This document shows, one piece after another, positions 57,755 to 64,000 of a DNA stretch of 64,000 nt (within the stretch, counting starts at the first letter, position 1; every line of letters begins with the position of its first letter). Made by a program: the position numbers and the translations under genes. The stretch comes from an uncultured Fibrobacterota bacterium (GTDB lineage Bacteria; Fibrobacterota; Chitinivibrionia; Chitinivibrionales; FEN-1185). The DNA is taken from NCBI GenBank assembly GCA_963729895.1, contig CAVSQB010000008.1:65907-129906 (forward strand). The letters run 5' to 3'. The notes under the pieces were generated by a model. It had not been told where the DNA came from and made no database searches. It was given only the letters and a program-made list of their open reading frames with translations.

Positions 57755-58603
57755 ATGACACTTTGTTGCAACGCACGGCTCGTAACGGGATTGCTCGCCG
57801 CTGCGGCGGCCCTTTTTTGCGCGTCCGTCTGGGCGGGCGAATCCATTTCGGTCCCTTCCGTGGGTGTGAAAACCATAGCGCAGGCCATGATCGACGCCAA
57901 GTCGGGCGACACGGTGTGGGTCTCCGACGGCGTCTACCGCGAGCTCGTTTTCGTGAAATCGAACGTGGTGCTTGCGGCCCGAAACCCTCTCAAGGCGGTG
58001 ATTGACGGAGGCCGCAGGGGCACGGTGGTTTCTCTTTCGTCGAATTGCGTGCTCAACGGTTTCGAAATACGCAACGGCACCATCGGCGTGTTTTCCAAGG
58101 ACGCGGGCAATACCATCGTCAATTGCCGGATCATTGACAACTGGCAAACCGGCATCATCTGCGTGAGGCATCTGCCCAAAATAGAGGACAACATTATTGT
58201 TTTCAACAGGGCCTCGGGCATCCAGGGATGGGACATCCGCTCAACGTCGTCATCCATCAACCACAACACCGTCGCCTTCAACGGCAACAACGGCATTGCG
58301 CTCGGCGGCAGCTCGGACGCAATCATCGAAAACAACATGATCGCCTTTAACGAGCGCCTTGGGGTCAAGTTGTCCCAGAAATCCGACCGTACCAAACTCA
58401 GCAAGAATGACCTGTTCGGCAATCTCGCGATAAGCCGCATCATTCCCGCCGACAACTTCTCCTTTGATCCCAAATTCCAAAATCCAAGATCGAAGCTCGA
58501 TTTCAAGGTGGAATCGAACCAACCGTGCTGCATGTACGGCTCCGACAACCAGATTCTGGGAAGCAGGATCGTTGGAAATACGGAACAGAAGCAGGGATTG
58601 TAA
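57755..58603 (+). CDS. secreted right-handed parallel beta-helix protein (paralog 2)
   Basis: TIAQAM...GDTVWVSDGVY, IDGGRRGTVV, NTVAFN, FDPKF; colinear with the preceding gene. Confidence 0.85.
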   Translation: MTLCCNARLVTGLLAAAAALFCASVWAGESISVPSVGVKTIAQAMIDAKSGDTVWVSDGVYRELVFVKSNVVLAARNPLKAVIDGGRRGTVVSLSSNCVLNGFEIRNGTIGVFSKDAGNTIVNCRIIDNWQTGIICVRHLPKIEDNIIVFNRASGIQGWDIRSTSSSINHNTVAFNGNNGIALGGSSDAIIENNMIAFNERLGVKLSQKSDRTKLSKNDLFGNLAISRIIPADNFSFDPKFQNPRSKLDFKVESNQPCCMYGSDNQILGSRIVGNTEQKQGL

Positions 58604-58623
58604 AGAATTGTAAGTTGAGAGTT

Positions 58624-58671
58624 GACGGTTGACAGCGACGCGCTGGGCTGACGCTGGCAACCGTCTTTTTT
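58624..58671 (+). terminator. intrinsic terminator
   Basis: Stem GACGGTTG-A-CAGCG / CGCTG-G-CAACCGTC followed by TTTTTT, 20 nt after stop 58603. Confidence 0.7.
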
Positions 58672-58773
58672 ATGGTCTGTGGGACACTCTTTTAAACCTT
58701 GACTTCCTGCGTGCGTTTTCGAAAGGCCCTTCCGCTAATTCAGCGGCTCTTTACCCGTCAACTTTTGACTCTC

Positions 58774-61700
58774 CTACGGCATGAACGTCATTTTTTTCTC
58801 GAACACGCCGGCCGCTTTCTGGTTGCCGAACGCGGCCATCTGCAGCACGTACACGCCTGCGGCGACGGGCCTGCCGTCGGTTGCTCGTCCGTTCCAGAGC
58901 AGCTCGTTGGCGCCGTACGCGGTGACGTTCCTGATCTCCGTTTGCCAGACGGTCTTTCCGCGCATGTCGTAAATGGCGAACTTGAGCCTGTCGATGCCGT
59001 CGTACGGCAGGCCGTACCGGATATGCACCATGGAACGGAACGGGTTTGGATACGTGCCGAGCAGCTTGAGCACCGCGGGACGAACGCTCGCCGCGGCTTT
59101 GGCTATGTACGCCTGCGTGCCCACAAACAGCCAGCGGAAGCTCTTCGAGTTCCCGCCGAGCGCCACGGACGTGTCCCCCTTCGACAGGTCCTGGAACCTG
59201 CCGGTGGCGTCGTCGTACACCGCCGCTTTCATGTCCTTGGGCAGCAGCGTCACGTCGCCCAGGTGGTAGCGTATGGTCTGCTTGTCCTGCGCATCGTTGC
59301 AGAACGCCAGCAGGAATGAGCACCCGCCCTCGCTTACCGAATGCGCCACGGCCAGGCCGAACACCTGCTTTGTGTCGTTGTCAAATACGCCAAGGGACGC
59401 ATCGGCAAACGAAGGACCCGCAGGATAGTACGTCACGCCGGGAGCGTTCGCCTTGGTGTAACCGCAGTAGACCGTGGGCAGCGAGCTTCCGTCGGAAAGG
59501 CCCGACACGACGCTCACCGACCATCCCTGGGCCGCAGCCTTTTTCGCCAGCTTCTTGGACAGGGACATCGCCTGCGGCAGGGACGGTATCACGAGCTTCA
59601 CCGCGCTGCCGTCGGGATTGTACATGGTGTAGCCAGACAGCTCGCCGGGAACCAGGGGCTGGGCGCCGTTGTTGAGCTGTGCATTGTCAATGGTGATCTG
59701 GTACATTATGTTCGAAGTGTACCGTCCGGTGGTCTTGTCCTGTCCCCATGCAAACAAAATCAGCGAATCCGCAGCCAGGGTGTCCGTCCCTTTCGCCTTC
59801 AGCGAGTCCCGTGTCGCCGCGTACATATCGGCTACCGTAATGTTGAAATTGAACGGAAGCGCGAAATCCGTAAACTGTTTGGGCGGCAGGTTGATAAAGA
59901 ACGGCTGCGTCAGAGACGGCGTGACCCCGCTGCCGAACTGTATCGGGGTCTTGGTCTTTGTCTTGATCCAGATGAGGTTGCCGCGATCAAAATCGAAAAA
60001 CTGCTTCCCGCTGTCGGAATACTCGATCCACGTGCCGCCCACCACCGCGTTCGTCGTCGTGGGTGACCACCGGAAAATCCTGAACGTGGTGATGTCGTAC
60101 TTCCACGCCGTCCCGCTCGGAACAAGCGAACGAAGCACCGTGGTCGCCTGCGGCGAGTCGAGGTCCGCCGTCACGCTCATCGGCACCCACTTCTTGTCCT
60201 CGGTCCACACCAGGCCAAGACTGCTGTCCACCACGCGCCGCGACACGTCAATCGTATCCGTAAACGTGCCGTCGGTGACGATAAACAGCCCCCGGACGCC
60301 GTTGTCCGGGCTTACCAGCGCGCCGGGGATGGTGACGCTCACCGTGGCGGCCGTGCTGGAAAGCATTCCACTGGTCGTGTCTCCCACCTGGTAGGACTCG
60401 CCGCCCTTTGAAGACATGAATCGCCACCGCAGGTTGGCGATGTTGTCGCTCAAGGAGAATGAATCGACGATTGCCACGCTGGCCGGCACCGGAGCAGTCA
60501 GGTTGGTAAGCGGATGCACCGTGGGCCGCGTCGTGTCGATCCCGGCCATAAACGGAAACCGGATCTGGTTCGTGAGCACCGACACGTACCCTCCCACGGT
60601 ATCGATGGACACCGCGCCGGTGTCGATGATCCACATCCCGGAAGAGTCAAGCTGGAAAATGCGTATGTCGCTCCGGGTGTACCCCTTGGGAATCGAATCG
60701 ATCTTGAGGCCGACGTTAAAGGGCACGCCCACGTAGTTTGTCTTGAACGAAAACGCGATGCTCACCGGAATGAACCCCGCCGGGGTCACCGCCTGCGCCA
60801 GCACGGTGTCCACAACGCGGCTCGGGTCGTTCGGCTGGTTCGCAAAACGCAACTGAGTGTTGAACGCGAACACCGTATCGTAATCCTTGGAGAACAACAG
60901 CACGCTTTGCCACTTGAACGTGGGCACTGCCACGCTGTCCATCGACTGCGCGGTGGGCGGCGTCCACCCGAGCGTGGGCGCGCGCAGCCACAGCGACACA
61001 TAGTAGGTCTTCCCGAAAATCAGGTTTTCGTGGAGCGTCACGTAGGCGCAGCCCAACGAGTCCGTGACGGGCACAACCTGCTGGGCGCCCGTGTTGCCTT
61101 TCGGCATGGTATCGGACGAATACAGGATGCCCACCTGCAGGCTGTCGCTCTGCTTCTGGTTGAGCGCCCAGCACACCTTGATCTGATCGGTGGAGGTGTC
61201 GAACGCGAGCGATCGTATCACGATGCTGTTCGTCGGCAGGGGCGCGCCCGCCTGCGGCGTGGAATCGGTGGCGCTTGAGCTGTCCGTCACGTACGACCAC
61301 AGCCCGCCTTTGTACACCTGCGCCCCGAAATAGTAGCGCGTGGTCCCGGAAAAATTGGCGCCCACGATGGTTGTGTCCGCAACGGACGGCGCCAGCGAAT
61401 CCAACCCCAGGGTCGAAAAATCGTAGACACGGGGTACCGGGGTGTTGGCGCGGTACCGGATGATGATCCTGTCCACGCCCGCCGCAGAAATGTTGTTCCA
61501 CGTGAGCCGGATGCTGTTGGACGACAGCGCCCTGGCACTCAGGAGAATCGGGTTGGCAGGCCGCTTCTTGCCCACCGTGAACTGCACTTGTTTCACCGGG
61601 CTATGCCGCCCGTTGTCCCCCACAAGCACCACCGCCGCGGTGATCGTCGTCTGCACGTTATTGAACTGCGTGTTGACAATAGGATATGTGTAGTTCACGC

Positions 61701-64000
61701 CCGCTTGCGCCACGCTGCGCGCGCTGAGCCACACGGTAAAGTTCTTGTCGGTAAAATTCGGCGTCGTGTCGCCCGTAAGGCTGTACCAGATGCCCACCGT
61801 GTCGATGCGCGTCGTGTCTATATTGTTGGCATTCGCAAGGCTCACCAGCGCCGTGTCGTCGGGCACATACGAGCCGGATATCACCAGGTTGTTCGGGATC
61901 GGCATCGTGTCCCGCATCAGCACCCTGGCGCCGTTCCCCGTCAAAAAGTTGCTCACCGTCATGTCGGACCACAAAATCCCGTTCATGATCCCGTACACGC
62001 TGTCGGGCATGCTCAGCGCAGGCAGCGTCAGCGTGTCCGCATACACGCTCCCCCGTGCGTGCAGAGCCGCAAGGTCATACCATTTGATGAAGGTTGACTG
62101 GGCTGGCGCCGTGGGCAGCGCGCCCACCTTGTACCACAGGCCCACCGAATCCACGCTCACCGACGCCGACGGCGGCGTTATCGTGCCGTAGCCCGAAAGC
62201 GTGATCGCCACTTTCTGAGGCGTCAGGTATGCGCCGCTGATCTGGATGGGGTCGCTGCCCAGCGTATACGCGAACACCTGCATCCACACGCTGTCCGTGC
62301 CGCCCGGACCGCTCACCACAAGCTTCACCGTATCCGTGGCGGGAGCGGTAAACGTGTGCGAAAGAGTCTTGTTTGCCGCAAAATTGGAATCCGCGCTGCC
62401 GTCCCCAAAAGTCCAAATCCTCCTTGTAAAGTCACCCTTCGATGAATCGGTAAACGACACCACCAGCGGCGCCACCCCCGACGCCGGCGTTGCCCCGAAC
62501 AACGCCTTCACCGGCGTAAATACCTGCACAAGCCCCGTGTTGCCCGTGATGGCCGCGCCGCACTGTCCCGATACCACGCACCGGAACGTGGAACCGCTGT
62601 CCGTCTTTGCAGCGGCAAACGTCAGGGAATCTCCCGTGGCGCCCGCTATCGGCGTAAACGTGGCGCCGTCGGCACTCCTCTGCCACTGGTACCCAACCCC
62701 GGTGCCCTGGGCGGTCATGCTGAACGTCACCTGCGTCCCGGTGAGCACGCTCTGCGCGCCGACGTGCTGCGCCGTCACCTTCACGGGAACGCATACCGTG
62801 AGCAGCGCAACGGTCGACAGAGCGGTCCCGCACGCGCTCGTGATGCTGCACTCGAACCTCGCACCGTTGTCCGCAGCCTGGGGAGTATCCAAATAGGATG
62901 ATGCAGTGGCGCCGGCGATGGGCGTCCATACATTGCCGTCCGGGCTTCTCTGCCACTGGTATGCAAGGCTGGTCCCTGTCGCCGTCACCGTAAACGACGC
63001 CGGGCTCCCCGCGATCACACTGTCGTTCTTCGGCTCAATAGAAATCACCGGCGGCGTGCACACCGTGAGGGTCACGGCCTGCGATGAGTCTTTCCCGCAC
63101 CCGTTCGTCACCATCACCCGAAACTTCGCCCCGTTGTCCGTTCCCGCCGTCACAAACTTGTAGGTCGGCGTTGTGCCGCCGATGCCCGCGGTGACGTTTG
63201 CCCACGTTGTTCCGTCGGGACTGCGCTGCCATTGATAGGCGGGAGCAGTCCCGCTCGCCGAAGCCGTGAACATGGCAGTGTCGCTTACATTCACATTTGC
63301 ATTACCGGGCTGCGAAAGAACCTTGGCGGGCGTGCAGACCGAAAGCGTCGCAGGCGCGGAGGTTGCCGCATTGGGGCCGCACCCGTTGGTCACCTGGCAA
63401 TGGTACAAATACCCGTTCTGCGAGGCAGACGCGGTAAAGGTAAGCGTTGCAGCAGTGCCGCCCGTAGCTACATTGCTCCACGTGGTCCCGTCAGGACTGT
63501 ATTGCCACTGGTATGCGTAGGTCCCGCCACCGCCGGCCACCACGGTGAATGAATCAGGCTGGCCGTCGATAGCACTCTGGTTGGCAGGAGGAGTCACGAT
63601 TGATGGGGGAGAACACACCGACGCGATTGCGGGAGCGGAGGTGTCCGGTGTTCCGCACTGGCCCGAAACTATGCAACGGAATTGCTTGGTGTTGTCCGTT
63701 GTCGCAGCAGTAAAGGTATACGCGGCTGTAACCGAACTTCCGTTCCCTGCCGGAACGTTGCCCCATGTCCCTGCGGTCGGAACGTCGTTCCTCTGCCATT
63801 GATACGTGGGAGACGTAACGCCCGCCGTGAGCACTATCGAAAATGACGCGGTTGAGCCTGCGATCCCAGCCCAGGGCGAAGGCTGCTGGTTTATGCCGGG
63901 TGGAGTGCACACGGTAAGCAAGGCAGCGCTTGAGTTGGTAACGCAAGCAGCAGTAACCTGGCATCGAAACTGGGCCCCGTTGTCCGCTGTAGCCGTCGCA
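58774..64000 (-). CDS. very large secreted protein with tandem Ig domains, PKD, Fn3 and FlgD/T9SS-type C-terminal domain (5' partial, starts beyond the window)
   Basis: Frame stays open to the window edge (...ADNGAQFRCQVT...); repeated YQWQRS.DG.TW Ig units; PKD (APLVVSFTDSS...WTFGDG); C-terminal YPNPF...IYDMRGK...WNGRATDGRPVAAGVY. Confidence 0.9.
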   Translation of the reverse strand, partial: ATATADNGAQFRCQVTAACVTNSSAALLTVCTPPGINQQPSPWAGIAGSTASFSIVLTAGVTSPTYQWQRNDVPTAGTWGNVPAGNGSSVTAAYTFTAATTDNTKQFRCIVSGQCGTPDTSAPAIASVCSPPSIVTPPANQSAIDGQPDSFTVVAGGGGTYAYQWQYSPDGTTWSNVATGGTAATLTFTASASQNGYLYHCQVTNGCGPNAATSAPATLSVCTPAKVLSQPGNANVNVSDTAMFTASASGTAPAYQWQRSPDGTTWANVTAGIGGTTPTYKFVTAGTDNGAKFRVMVTNGCGKDSSQAVTLTVCTPPVISIEPKNDSVIAGSPASFTVTATGTSLAYQWQRSPDGNVWTPIAGATASSYLDTPQAADNGARFECSITSACGTALSTVALLTVCVPVKVTAQHVGAQSVLTGTQVTFSMTAQGTGVGYQWQRSADGATFTPIAGATGDSLTFAAAKTDSGSTFRCVVSGQCGAAITGNTGLVQVFTPVKALFGATPASGVAPLVVSFTDSSKGDFTRRIWTFGDGSADSNFAANKTLSHTFTAPATDTVKLVVSGPGGTDSVWMQVFAYTLGSDPIQISGAYLTPQKVAITLSGYGTITPPSASVSVDSVGLWYKVGALPTAPAQSTFIKWYDLAALHARGSVYADTLTLPALSMPDSVYGIMNGILWSDMTVSNFLTGNGARVLMRDTMPIPNNLVISGSYVPDDTALVSLANANNIDTTRIDTVGIWYSLTGDTTPNFTDKNFTVWLSARSVAQAGVNYTYPIVNTQFNNVQTTITAAVVLVGDNGRHSPVKQVQFTVGKKRPANPILLSARALSSNSIRLTWNNISAAGVDRIIIRYRANTPVPRVYDFSTLGLDSLAPSVADTTIVGANFSGTTRYYFGAQVYKGGLWSYVTDSSSATDSTPQAGAPLPTNSIVIRSLAFDTSTDQIKVCWALNQKQSDSLQVGILYSSDTMPKGNTGAQQVVPVTDSLGCAYVTLHENLIFGKTYYVSLWLRAPTLGWTPPTAQSMDSVAVPTFKWQSVLLFSKDYDTVFAFNTQLRFANQPNDPSRVVDTVLAQAVTPAGFIPVSIAFSFKTNYVGVPFNVGLKIDSIPKGYTRSDIRIFQLDSSGMWIIDTGAVSIDTVGGYVSVLTNQIRFPFMAGIDTTRPTVHPLTNLTAPVPASVAIVDSFSLSDNIANLRWRFMSSKGGESYQVGDTTSGMLSSTAATVSVTIPGALVSPDNGVRGLFIVTDGTFTDTIDVSRRVVDSSLGLVWTEDKKWVPMSVTADLDSPQATTVLRSLVPSGTAWKYDITTFRIFRWSPTTTNAVVGGTWIEYSDSGKQFFDFDRGNLIWIKTKTKTPIQFGSGVTPSLTQPFFINLPPKQFTDFALPFNFNITVADMYAATRDSLKAKGTDTLAADSLILFAWGQDKTTGRYTSNIMYQITIDNAQLNNGAQPLVPGELSGYTMYNPDGSAVKLVIPSLPQAMSLSKKLAKKAAAQGWSVSVVSGLSDGSSLPTVYCGYTKANAPGVTYYPAGPSFADASLGVFDNDTKQVFGLAVAHSVSEGGCSFLLAFCNDAQDKQTIRYHLGDVTLLPKDMKAAVYDDATGRFQDLSKGDTSVALGGNSKSFRWLFVGTQAYIAKAAASVRPAVLKLLGTYPNPFRSMVHIRYGLPYDGIDRLKFAIYDMRGKTVWQTEIRNVTAYGANELLWNGRATDGRPVAAGVYVLQMAAFGNQKAAGVFEKKMTFMP

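Overview
Gene-dense, GC-rich bacterial chromosomal segment. It most resembles Fibrobacterota (Chitinivibrionia/Chitinispirillia-like); this is inferred from two PorV-like barrels and cargo proteins with T9SS/FlgD-type C-terminal domains. Contents: signalling genes (REC-GAF-HD-GYP, hybrid kinase, membrane-spanning AraC, two STAS proteins, Crp), tRNA-Val(CAC), RNase P RNA, an rnfCD(G)EAB operon, an assimilatory sulfate reduction cluster, housekeeping genes (U32 protein, mltG, rsmB, fmt, acpS), a ~1900-aa TPR protein, and several large secreted Ig/beta-helix proteins. No CRISPR array, integrase or intact transposase was seen. Two observations stand out. (1) A 1132-aa protein at the end of the cysH-cysD-cysN-cysK cluster fuses a siroheme sulfite reductase (four-Cys motif in BOTH internal repeats) to a GltD/DsrL-like FAD/NADPH module and a C-terminal ferredoxin; it is a candidate single-chain NADPH:sulfite reductase replacing CysJI. 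(2) In the Rnf operon, the RnfG slot holds a 68-aa membrane anchor with no FMN domain that is still translationally coupled to both neighbours. All family calls are by motif recognition by eye; no database searches were run.
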